A stretch of 64,000 nucleotides of DNA. Source: Sphaerodactylus townsendi. Lineage: Eukaryota. A program made the translations under genes and the position numbers. Below the pieces are notes generated by a model that worked only from the letters and a program-made list of their open reading frames with translations, was not told the DNA's origin and did not search any database. Each line of letters opens with the position of its first letter. Positions within the stretch are counted from its first letter, which is position 1. Below, one piece after another: positions 49,910 to 61,517 of this stretch. The DNA lies in the NCBI RefSeq assembly GCF_021028975.2, contig NC_059428.1:62806001-62870000 (forward strand), in the 5' to 3' direction.

Positions 49910-50814
49910 GGGTTGGCCTGTCATTGCATGAATCCCGGAGTCCACGCAGGAACCTGTAGGAAGAGGGACTGGCACACACACACTGCAGGTTACGGGGGGG
50001 CGAGATCCCGCCAGGCTCAGTTCTAGAAGGATGGCCGGGGAGATTGCAGGATCGAGTTAGTGTTTAGATTTAATATGGGAAGGAAGAAGGCTTGTTTTGC
50101 AGCCTGTGGGGGTTAGCACAGCCTGGCTCCACAGGGCCGCATACACTCCTCTTGCTTTAGTTGTTTGACAGGGGAGGGAGCAGGAGGTAAAGGCTGACCC
50201 TAGGTAGAATTAACTTCAGAAGCGTCCTTGAGGTGCGTCAAGGCGAGGTCCCGAGCCTCGAGGAGGAGGGAACAAGCGGGTCCTGGGGATTGTGGGCATG
50301 CATGCTTAATCCCAGCAACACAAGGGCTTTGGGAAGCACCTTTTGGGGGGATGGAGTGCATCCAGAATGAAGCAATCCGGCAATTAGAGGCAAGTTTCTC
50401 GCACACACAGAGGAAAAAGGAAGGGGTTTCTTTACGAGGTTGCACTTACTGTGACCTTGGTGGCTAATGCAGGAAGCGGGATGGTGCTAGAATTTTTGTG
50501 TCCGAATTATCGGGGGGGGGGTTGCCGCCCGCCGAGACCAGCTCCCTTAGGGGCGGCCCGAGCGTGGCCAACACCGCCCACCCAAATCAGCAGAGGATGT
50601 TTGCAGCAGGTATTAGGGGGGGGCATAATGGCGGCAGCACTGCACCAAACTAGGGCCTGTCCCTGACAGTGCTCTGATATCAGGGCCAGGCCCAGATTTT
50701 TAATCCAGGGAGGGCCAGTCATGGTGGCCCTCCAGCAGCACTGGTTGAAAAAACAGAAAGGAAAGGGGAGAGGGAAACAGAACCTGTGGAGATTAGGAGG
50801 CAACCCGGAGAGAG

Positions 50815-51635
50815 CGATTGGAATCAATGATCCGTGGCGGCTTTACCCATCCCAGACCAGAGTCGTTTTAACCCTGACTCATGAGGTCTCTTCCCCAGAG
50901 ATTTGACATGGATGTCTAGAGCGATGGGAAGTGGGACTGCTGAATACGCTTTCCAGGTCTGGGCTGTTGACCGTGGCCGAGGCGGATGCTCCCGTCTGTA
51001 GGTTTGTCTCCACCCCCCAGATGTGCGGAGCAAGCCTCGTTAAAGCCACTGGTCGAGCCACTTTCGGCTGCCTCTGATGGCGTGTTTGTCGCTTGGGTAT
51101 ACTGAAACCCTTAGATCCATGTATAGCGGAAACTCCAGATATGGTGGGGAGCTCCCGGTGATAGAATGTCTCCCACCCTTTCTGACGGTGGTGTAGGCTG
51201 CGCCATGTTGGCTGCTGGGGCTCATGTAGCTGGGTGGAAGCAGCGGGCAGCGCATGGGGCAAATCAACTGAGCGCATGGCAGCTCCAGCGGAGCAGCTCC
51301 TGTGGGATGTTTGTCCAGGCCCTGGAGGTGGATGGGTCCTTAGTGCGTGGAGTCGATCACTCCGGGGGCGATGAACAGTCCCCTGTTCAGTGACAGAGGC
51401 CTTTGGCAGCACTAGCTTAATTGTCCCAGTGAGAGATGGGCTGCGTCATACCAGGTTGGGACGACAAAAAAAAAAGAACACCGTGCAAGAACTTAAAGGA
51501 GATGGAGGCTGCGGTGCATGCGAGCGAGATGCCACCCGGAAGGGTGGTTGCTTGGCAGCCTTGGCGTTTAGGTCTACTCTGGTGCTCTCCTCCCTTGGTC
51601 CTAGGCTGGGGAGGCGCCCGGGCGGGAGGTTTCCC
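50815..51635 (-). pseudogene. pro: ERV pro (dUTPase-protease, possible G-patch), degraded as assembled
   Basis: GGGAAAC slip site 51629-51635; dUTPase motif 3 GLFIAPGVIDS (51349-51383); protease C-terminal NLWGRDLMSQ read across a 1-nt indel (~50874-50903); GMGK G-patch-like remnant. A catalytic DTG is not clearly readable. Confidence 0.7.
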
Positions 51636-53146
51636 GACGGGCAGTTGTTTCTCCAATGGAAGCCCCTTCTGGCAACGTGAGCACTGGGTTTTGGCCTCAC
51701 TCCTCCTGGGGGAGGACCCTCCCTCCATCGGGGTTGTAAGAGCCCCCCACCCGGGCTACCTACACTCCCTTCGGAAGTGTCCGGGTCTGCACTTAGTTAA
51801 AAGCAGTCATCCTGAGACTGTCTCCCTTGATTGGAGAGTGCCTTTCTTGGCGAGGAGGCTAGCCCAGTGAAGCGGAGGACCCAATGTCCTGGCAAGCCTT
51901 AAGCATGTCGGCCAGTTCAGGATTTTACTTGAGCGTGATTGCCCTCTGGCACTCCCATTAGAGCGTTCTCTTTTGCGAGGCGCATGAGGAGCTGCGTTTT
52001 GGGCCTCCTAAGCTATCCTACCTGCCTCTTGAGCGCTTTACAGAGCCTGTTCACCTACAAATTCAGCATAGGGCTCTTGGGTTTTTTGCCGGATGGAGGA
52101 GAAACTCCTGGGTTGGCTGGCCGGCATTGGGGACTTTGATAAATGCCTTATAAGAAACACTTCCAAGCGACCATAAGGGTAGCCTCAGGCAGGACTAATC
52201 TGATCCATTTGGGATTGGCAAAAGCATGGCTTAGCTAAAACTGGCCGGTGCCAAGAGGCGCCCGGCAGAGGTAGCTGCTCTGTTGAGAAGCACTACTGGC
52301 CGGAACTCACTTTCCCCAAGACCTAAGAACTAGTGCAGGGCCTCAGGAGCATCACGAAAGGTGGTCTTCCGATCATCTGGAGACCATTAGGTGGTTCCCT
52401 TGCGGTAGCCCTCCAACTGTGCCTCTCACGTGGGGGCTAAGTGACTCCTACGTCCAGCATTGCTTTGCGGAGCTTCAGTGGGAATGTGCCAAAGCTTAGG
52501 AGGCGGTACTCGACAACTTCCCTTTGGGATGGCGCCATTCTCCCCCTCAGTATCTGTAATGAAGTGGATGGGGCACAATGCAAGAATATCGTCATCGTCT
52601 TCCGTCAGGCTTTCTTTCTTCTGCAGATCTCGTGGCTATACGTTCTAGAGGAAGTTTGGCAGCTATTCATTAGCCAGAGGTGCAGTGGCAACCCAGGAAA
52701 ATGAAGAAGTGAACAGAGGGAGAAGCTGAGCAGCGGGAAATTTTGAATTAGGTGAAGAGGCGAGGGCAGAAGGAGGACGAAGTGATCCAATTTAGTGGAT
52801 AGAGAAAATTCCGGGGTTGAAATTGAAGGTGAAGAATCTGAAAGGAGAGCGGCCTACATGAGGAGCGATAGGAATGCAGAAGCTGATGGCGACAAAACGT
52901 GTCTCCACGTCTAGTAGCAAGCGTGTCGGTAGCCTTGAGGGGCTCTGTGCTTGAAGAGTGCGCCCGATGTTTTCCCAGTCCTGCAGATTCCAATGTCCCC
53001 CCATAAAGACACCATGGACGCTGAGCTTCAATCTCCTACCAACCAATTTGCGCAGCTCCCTTCTCTTTACGGAGACCCTGCATTTTAGTGCACGCATTTC
53101 AGTTAGTCCAGCGTGGCTTGTCATAAGCCCTGCTGCAAGCTCCCAT
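51600..53146 (-). pseudogene. gag: ERV gag, frameshifted as assembled
   Basis: ATG GGA (MG.., myristoylation-type start) at 53146; MA-like WNLQDWENIGRTL; MHR SFSSIRQ..PYAEFV (~52045-52107); ENA..C and LADMLKACQDIGS; zinc knuckles CFN..PGHFRREC and CSRCQKGFHWRNNC, read across indels. Confidence 0.85.
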
Positions 53147-53320
53147 ACTCACCGGTGTTCAATTTAGGACGAGAGAGTGTCCTAGGATGGCGACTATACA
53201 GAATGCGCCGATCCAGAGGACAGGCGATACCGAAAGCAGTAGTCCCTGAATGCGCCGATCCAGCGGACTTGAGCCATCGCTGGCCTAGAAGCGTGACAGG
53301 CAGGGTGGAGGTTCGAGGAT

Positions 53321-53338
53321 TCCCGGGTTTCGGCAGCT
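53321..53338 (-). promoter_or_regulatory. Primer binding site, tRNA-Phe type
   Basis: Minus strand AGCTGCCGAAACCCGGGA vs the tRNA-Phe PBS TGGTGCCGAAACCCGGGA. Confidence 0.8.
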
Positions 53339-53797
53339 TGTAGTCGACCGCACGCGGTCAAGCGTAAGAAGCGAGACGAGACGCGGAGGTGGCATCTGGG
53401 TAGATATGCATGGCCAGCATATGGGGAGACCGGAGGTCCGTGTTCCTAGCGAGTCTCCCGTCTGCCGGTTCCTGGCACCTTTTATTGTGCACTCTGCTCG
53501 AGTGTATGCAGGAGGACTGGGGGGAGTTCCGGGAGGGAGGTCGGGAGATCATCATGTGATGCATGATCTACTCATCTGGCTTCAATCTGGGAGGAGCGTC
53601 CGTGTCTGGGCCTAAATCCTCACCTGGGGGCAAGACTATTTGTCCCTAAGCGCCGGTGTTAGAGCCAGACAGTTCCACGACCCGTGACTCATGGGGGAAT
53701 AGAGAATTGGGAGTGCGATGCGACCGGCAAGGCCGCTTAGGTCACGTTAATCCCAGATTCTACTACGGCACTGCTGGGTCGGCAGTGCACTACTACA
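53339..53797 (-). repeat. ERV 5' LTR
   Basis: Homologous to 47927-48367; minus-strand AATAAA at 53481-53486. Confidence 0.9.
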
Positions 53798-53860
53798 CAC
53801 AATAACCCTTTTTGGTTGGGGAAATTAGCCACAGAGCACAAGGTCACTTAGTGTCACTGA

Positions 53861-54049
53861 NNNNNNNNNNNNNNNNNNNNNNNNNNNNNNNNNNNNNNNN
53901 NNNNNNNNNNNNNNNNNNNNNNNNNNNNNNNNNNNNNNNNNNNNNNNNNNNNNNNNNNNNNNNNNNNNNNNNNNNNNNNNNNNNNNNNNNNNNNNNNNNN
54001 NNNNNNNNNNNNNNNNNNNNNNNNNNNNNNNNNNNNNNNNNNNNNNNNN
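53861..54049. other. Assembly gap (189 N)
   Basis: Run of N. Confidence 1.
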
Positions 54050-54634
54050 CTCTTGAACAAATATATGACCCATTATCTTTGATGGGTTTTGTGGGCTGTT
54101 GGACAAAACAGGTAACGACCCTTAATGGGGTTTGCAACATAAGATGGTCACAAGGATGATGAGTCACAGTAAAAGGTTAACAAATACAGACAAAAGAGGA
54201 CTCGGTTCGCCCCGGTGTGCTATTCTCCACATTCAAATGTTATTTCCTGAGTATGGACCAGGCATGAAGTTGTGGGGGGGGGGGGGGGAGCCCTTGAGGC
54301 ATTCTTGCCAGACACAGTCCCAATATGGAGTTTCTGAAACAGACTCCTACGTTTCAGGGCCCTATTATGCCAGGTCAAACAGGGCAGCATTCCGGAAGAA
54401 AGACTCTCTCTCTCTCACCCTCCGCACTGCTACAGATCTTAGGTTGGCTACATTACCACTGTAGTAAAGGCAGCAGTAGAAGATTTCCCCTTCTTGGCCT
54501 CCTGATGCAGCTACCAAGTTAACAATCTACTCTTAGTGGTCAAGAGAACTGCAAAAAGAGCATAGGAGACAAAATGGGGCTGTGCAGTAGACGGGGAATT
54601 GGCAAAATTGCCATTCCCTCTTCCAGCAAATTAA

Positions 54635-55630
54635 ATAAGAACATAAGAACCAGCCTTCTGGATCAGACCAGAGTCCATCTAGTCCAGCACTCTGCTACTC
54701 GCAGTGGCCCACCAGGTGCCTTTGGGAGCTCACGTGCAGGATGTGAAAGCAATGGCCTTCTGCTGCTGCTGCTCCTGAGCACCTGGTCTGCTAAGGCATT
54801 TGCAATCTGAAATCAAGGAGGATCAAGATTGGTAGCCATAGATTGACTTCTCCTCCATAAATCTGTCCAAGCCCTTTTTAAAGCTATCCAGGTTAGTGGC
54901 CATCACCACCTCCTGTGGCAGCATATTCCAAACACCAATCACACGCTTTGGTGTGTTAAGAAGTGTTTCCTTTTATTAGTCAGTCCTAATTCTTCCCCAG
55001 CATTTTCAATGAATGCCCCCTGGTTCCTAGTATTGTGGAGAAAGAGAGAAAAATTTCTCTCTGTCAACATTCTCCCTACCCCCCACGCCTAATTTTATAG
55101 ACTTCAATCATATCCCTCTCAGACGTCTCCTCTCCAGAACTAACGAGTCCCAAACGCTGCAGCCTCTCCTCATAAGGAAGGTGCTTCTCAATCCTTCAAT
55201 CATCCCTCGTTGTCCCTTCTCTGCATCTTTTTTCTATCTCTTCGATATCCTTTTTGAGATGTGGCGACCAGAACTGAACACAGTACTCGGTCGCACCACG
55301 GCTTTATATAAGGGCATGGCAATCCTTGCAGTTTTATTATCAACTCCTTTCCTAATCATCCCCAGCATGGAGTTTGCCTTTTTCACAGCTGCCATGCATT
55401 GAGTTGACATTCCCATGGAACTATCAACTAAGATGCCCAAATCCCTTTCCTGGTCTGTGACTGATAGCACTGACCCTTGTAGCGTGTATGTATGTGAAGT
55501 TTGGATTTTTTGCCCCTATTTGCCCACTTTGCATTTTGCTACATTGAACTGCATTTGCCATTTCTTAGCCCAATCACCTAATTTATTAAGGTCCGCTTGG
55601 AGCTCTTCACAATCCTTTGTGGTTCTCACC
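54635..55630 (-). mobile_element. CR1 LINE 3' fragment
   Basis: AAGAACATAAGAAC tail; minus-strand ERDLGILVDSSMGMSTQCMAAVKKANSMLGMIRKG. Confidence 0.9.
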
Positions 55631-57138
55631 TGTTATGCTGTTATGCTGCTGTAATGACACTTGGATAAAGCCCCAAAGATTAACTGATACAAGGCAGAAA
55701 AGTTGCACTCCAGAGTAACTCTGTGAACTTCTCTAGGATGACTTCTATTTGTGAGCATACACAAAAAGGGTTTTGTGGGGGTAAACAAGCACATATAGTT
55801 TTGTGTTTTGTTTATTCTGTTTTGTTTAAAGCAGAAAGCGGTACAATATCCCTTTAGTAATGCTTAGATCTAGTTTAGCTGAGAATCCATGGGACTCTTG
55901 TATTTAGTGGTTGGATACATCAAATTTTATGTGGAAGGTGTGGGTGGAATGCAAGTTTTTGCTGCATCCTTCTTGCCCCAGTAGTCCCTTTGGCTCACTG
56001 GAAAGTTGATTCCAGTGCTAGTAGGATGTTCGGTGGCAAACCATGTTGTCCATGAGGCTGCAGTGAGGACTGTAGTGAGGAAAGGGTTAGGGTTTTTCCT
56101 GTCTTTCCACGAATAGCTCCACTGTCCCCCCAAAGTCTCCACAGTAGGAAGGCAGGAAAAAGACTGTTTACCCTTTTTTATTACAGCCCCTGTGGACCTT
56201 CTGACATTTTGTACTCATGGATTCCACTGTTCTTCAAGTTAACTTTTCCAGGAGGCACAAAGGAACTGCTGAAGGGGAACACAGATAACATCTCTGCTGC
56301 TTCAGTTGACAGAATACTGAATCTTACCCTTTGTCACCTGTAGAATTGTGAAATGCTTTGTAAGACAATTTCGGTTGAATATTGTAATACTGTGACCAGC
56401 AATTCTCGCAGGCCCCTAGGAATGTCTGGCCAGGAAGATGACCTTATTGTCTTTAAATCACACCTAAGCATTTATTGAAAAGCAGAGTACTCCCTTACCA
56501 GCCAGAATGGCAGCATTTGTCTGACACTTTAAAATGCAAAACAGATGTTCACCAGAACTCTGAGTTCTTTTGTTTTCACAAGGACAGCCATAAATGACTT
56601 TCGGAGATAAGAAGGATATTGGAGATGTAAATTATCACAATCAATGTTATATTGTTTCTAAACATTGCAGCTATTTGAGGATATTTATTTTTATTTGTTT
56701 AGTTATTTATTGTTTAGTTTTGAGGAAACTTGATGTGTTAGATAGTAACCATTACTCTTTTGAAATGTATAAGTTTACTCTTTGATGTACCCTGTAGAGG
56801 ACCCTTAAAAAAACCCTGTTTTTGGTCAGTTGGTGTGGCTCTCGTGGTTCTGACCAGACCTATGTTGGCCTGAATAAAATTATTTCTTTAATTTTATTGT
56901 CATGGCTTATTAGCTGAGGGTCTGAGCCCAGCCTATCTTTGCTTCTTGGCTTAGAGGCTGTCCGGATATTGGCTGGTGCTAACAATACTAGTACCTAAAT
57001 AAAAATTATATCCTTTTTTGTAAAGCTTGTTAATTATACAAAATACTATTTTCATTTAACATTTTTTCTTCACCCATTGTGATCAGTGTTGCGACTATTT
57101 TTATAACTTCTTTAAATTATTTCCTTTTTTGCTCCAAG

Positions 57139-57223
57139 TTGGATCCAGATCGCAGTTTGTTTGATCAGGGTGTCAAGACAGATGGAACGGTTCAACTTAG
57201 TGTCCAAGTAATATCTAGGCAAG
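57139..57223 (+). CDS. GABPA: GABPA coding exon 3
   Basis: 85 nt; LDPDRSLFDQGVKTDGTVQLSVQVISRQ; GTAAG donor. Confidence 0.95.
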
Positions 57224-57559
57224 GTAAGAAACCTCAGTTGTTGTTCAATGTTCAGCAAATTTCTTGTGTTGGGTTGAAACTAGTTTCAGTAAAGTGGAGC
57301 TGGTAAAATGAGATTTTGTCACCTCCTCATTTGTGCAGTCCATTGAGTTCCCAAAGTTTTGCTCTTGGGATTCAGCAGGGAGGAGGAAGACTGGAAGGGG
57401 TAAACTGTATCTCTGTCAACAAAAGTGCCATTGCAATCTCATGTACAGTCTTTGACAAATTTTCTTCAGGTCTAGGAGCTAACCCACAATTTTAAAACCC
57501 ATGCTCATCCATAATAAGAGCAATATTTTTTCTGTCATGCAAGTCCCTTCAAGCAAATC

Positions 57560-57745
57560 GTTGCCAAGTTGCCGATGACTTATGATGATTCCACAGGGTT
57601 TTCAAGGCAAGAGGCATTCAGATGTGTTTTGCCATTGCCTTCCTTCACGTAGCAACCCTGGATTTCCTTGGTGATCTACCATCCAATACTAGCCAAAGCT
57701 GACCTGCTCAGCTTGCAAGATCAGGCTCGCTTGGGCCATCAGGGC
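57560..57745 (-). mobile_element. 5S-derived SINE
   Basis: GGGTTTTCAAGGCAAGAG tail plus CCATCCAATACTAGCC..ACCTGCTCAGCTT, reverse 5S-like. Confidence 0.6.
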
Positions 57746-60700
57746 AGTTTATAAGCAGCTGTTATCAAAAGAAACATTTTTCTAAATTCATTCGGAGACA
57801 GAACACAGAGCTTTCAATTTTTGATGGAGAGATTGTGTTATTTTGTGAAAAACATGTCAAGAAAGCATCCATGTTCAGATTTTCCAGTTTTAACTAGCTT
57901 CAAGCCTGTCCAGGTGTGGAGTGGGGTTTTGGTGGTGGTGGGGCAGTTACTGCTTGTCTTCAAGGACCACTTCCCAAACTAGTTCTGATTAAAACATTTG
58001 ATGCAGCTGAGAAACTTCCAGTTGGGAGGGGTACCTTCTCTTTGCAGTTGGGAGGTACAATTTGCTCCAATCCTGGAAGTTTAGTGAGGGCAGCCCATTA
58101 TAAATGAGAGGGGTCACCAGAGTATGGCCAGCATTTTCCATACATAGCCTTCAACGTATCAGTCATTTTTTTTACCACCACCCCTTTGTGCTGCCAGCGA
58201 ATATTTTGCTTTACACTTTGAAACCTAAGATCTCAGGAACAACAATGCGGTGTAGGATTCCAGTAAATAATTAGAAAGTTAGCTTTGTTATTTTCTGTGT
58301 GCTTGTTATTGCCAAGCTATAATTCTGTTTGATTTTAAATATCTTTCTAATTTTCTCAGTAAAGCTCTATTTTGTTTTTTTAAGTGGTGTATTTTATTGG
58401 CCAAACCCAGAAGTACTTGGTTACATTATTGACAGTAGCTGCTCTTGTAAAATGGATAAATTTTTCTAAATTAGAATCAACAAAAGTTAAAAACCTATAA
58501 AACAGAAGCTTTTAAAACTTAAAAAGTGAAACAGCAACACTAATTTAAAAACAAGCCAGGTCACAACTTGGCAGCTTATAGCAAAATTAATGCAACACTT
58601 TTTTTTAAATATGCAAAATTTTCAATGACAAATGTTTGACGCTGTCTTGATTCTGGTGTGATAATATAACAGGGATCATGACAATATTTACTTTTTTAAA
58701 ACCAATATCATATTTGATGTGTCTTTGATGTGTGTTTCTTTTCATACATAGTAAAAATATAATCCCAAACGGGCTTACAAACTATTACAATTATTTAAAT
58801 TAGTCTACTAACCAGGACTTGTTTTATTATACAAGCTTTTCAGCTAAGTGTAGCAGAAGCAGCTTATACATGTGAGGCCAGACCGTGTCTCTGGTCCTGG
58901 GCAGTTGAGTTTGTTTTTAAGACTGAGTTAGAAAATACCCAAGAATCAGGTTTGAAACAAAAGATAAATTTTACTGTGCTGAATTTGATAATTCACACAC
59001 AGGGTAACTCTCTATAAGAGTCACACCTTACCCAGACAAAGACTTCATTTTTATAGATACAAAGAGTACATACGTCATACCTGCATATTAACCTATAAGA
59101 TCATTTCCCCCATATACGTGTTTTCTGCATGAGAATTAAAATCTGATTGGCTGGTCTGATTCTTTCTGTTACACAATTCTGGAATTTTCTTCTGCTTGTG
59201 TCTCCCTGTCCATATGCAAAGGGGCTGCAATAAACTGAATTCTGCCTTTTGGGTTTTCAAGACAACCAGTTTGTCCTACATTCCTAAGTTTGTTCCCAGA
59301 TAGAGAAATACCTTTCAGGGTAGAAAGATTTCACACACATTCCTTATAAGCATAACATTCCCTTTCCCCAGGTTGAAAATGATTTCACTTTAAAATATTA
59401 AAACATGATTTTAACAATTATACAAACATTGATTCTATTAGAATAGAATTATAGTGGAATACAAGTAAATATAAATCTCTCATTATCATTTCAGTGTTCC
59501 TTTAAAATATAGAAAAACACATTTTCAATTAACTAATCACATTGCTTTCTATTCTAACATCTGATCTTTATTGCTATGTTATTTTCCATAGGCATCCCAT
59601 ATAGCTAGTTCTGAAAAACAAGGCCAAAACTGTATGTCTTCTTGTCACGTCTTAGCCTTTAGTGACAAGCTCTTAGTAATATTATCTTTCCTGTGCCTGA
59701 ATGACCACTGACCAGCTGCCACGTGCAGTGTGACCATCTGGCCTAGACAGTGGTTCAGAGCAAACCTTTGATTTTATAAATTCATTTCTCTTTAATTTCA
59801 AATACAATTTTTAGGCCTATGGCCCATCCTTCCATACAAGTGGTTATATTTATTTCAAAAGAGGTTAAAAGACAAAGGGAAATAAAGGAGAAGGTGACAG
59901 GAAACGTATTCATAAGATAGCATGCATGGAACAACTGCTCATTCTTTCTGGGCTGGAAAGGGTCTTGTGTGTATGGTGCAAATTGTGAGGCCTTCAAAGA
60001 TTGAGCTACTCCCAAACATATAGGGGTGGTGGTGGATTGCTGGGGCAGGAGCTGAGCTCAAAGTGTGTTTAATTACACCGGGGGTGGGAAAGAAATCCTG
60101 GAGTAGAGTAGTAACAGACAGTATAGGTTTAGTTGGGAAGAGTGAAAGGCAGGGTCTACATATAACGTCTATCTCTTTCACTCCAGGCTTTCTCTTCCAC
60201 CCACTCCCTGAAGTCCAAGCCAGGAAGCTCTGATTGAGAGCTGGGATTGGTAGCATCAACTGTGTTTCAGGGATTTTATTTTCTTTCACACATTAATTAT
60301 CCACCTTTTCCCTTGTAGCACTCAGGGTGGCTTACAGTATAATAAATGGAAGTTTTAACTGTGGTGTTAAGAATATATAGCTAAATTAAACCTGTGAGTT
60401 ACTGACCAAAGTTTTCCACTGGGATATAATTGACCCTCCAAACACTTAAAAAAATGAAAGTAGCATAGTATGGTAACAAACAACATTGTGTTGTTTGATG
60501 TCATCATGGCCCCAAAATCTTGGGGAGTACCCTGCTTTCTTTTGGTCATTTTACTAGGGCACAATCATATTCCATTAATGTTCTTGTTTTAGTATTTCCT
60601 ACTAAATTTTTCTAACAACACATTCACAAGACTATCTATTTTCTTTAGATTTAACACAAATATAAGAAATCCAAAGTGGCCCTTGACAAATTAGAACTAA

Positions 60701-61129
60701 AATAATTTTTTAAGTCTTCAGGGTAAATGGGAGACATGAACCAGTGTGGGACACAACTAATTTTGTCCTCCATTGTCTCTGAAATATTCAGTGATGTAGT
60801 TTTAATTAAAATCTTACATTTTTAATCTCTACCACCATAGTAGCTAAAGGAGGATTTTATGTGAAATTGAGAGTTTATTACTCTGGAATTAAAGATTTTG
60901 AAGTTGTAAACTGTTTTTGGAAAATGTAAGATTTACTGCGATTGAAGATGCAAATCATATTGTTATGTAGGGTAAGAGAAAGGCTGATATCTCAGGACTT
61001 CAATTTTTTAAAGAATAGTATGAGAACAGGTATTGAATAAAAATAGAACTGTTCTATATTTTTTTCATTTTCTATACCCTGCTGTATTTGTGAGTTCTTT
61101 TGTTTACCATGTTCTTTTTCTGCATAAAG

Positions 61130-61375
61130 GAATCGAACCCAAGTTAAATATCCTTGAAATTGTAAAGCCAGTAGAAACTGTGGAGGTTGTGATTGACCCA
61201 GATGCCCATCATACTGAAACTGAAGCACACCTTGTTGAAGAAACTCAAGTGATAACACTGGATGGAACAAAGCACATTACCACCATATCTGATGAAACAT
61301 CTGAACAAGTAACTCGGTGGGCTGCAGCATTAGAAGGCTACCGGAAAGAACAGGAACGCTTAGGAATTCCCTACG
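61130..61375 (+). CDS. GABPA: GABPA coding exon 4; gene continues right of the window
   Basis: 246 nt; GIEPKLNILEIVKPVETVEVVIDPDAH...QVTRWAAALEGYRKEQERLGIPY. Confidence 0.95.
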
Positions 61376-61517
61376 GTGATTATCTTCAGTAATAAACTAC
61401 ATGAGCTAGAGTGCAGGTTTATTTTTAAATTTGCAAGAAGTACTTCTTAGACTTCTAGGTCTCGTAATCTGTTGCAATCACAATATAATGTTTAATAATA
61501 GTTTGTATTCCATTTCA

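Larger units (their letters stand above)
47927..53797 (-). mobile_element. Endogenous retrovirus (class II gag-pro, alpharetrovirus-type env, pol absent), antisense in a GABPA intron
   Basis: LTRs 47927-~48367 and 53339-53797 (TGTAGT...ACTACA); 6-bp TSD CACAAT (47921-47926, 53798-53803); tRNA-Phe-like PBS next to the right LTR; PPT AAAAAGGAGGAGA next to the left LTR. Confidence 0.93.

Noticed and set aside
53311-53338. tRNA-Phe gene fragment
   Set aside because: Only the 3' end matches and it abuts the LTR; it is the retroviral PBS.
53812-54167. ORFs containing X runs
   Set aside because: Artefacts of the N gap.
58871-59660. Possible minus-strand solo LTR (TATA- and CCAAT-like boxes)
   Set aside because: Could not define the second terminus or a TSD.
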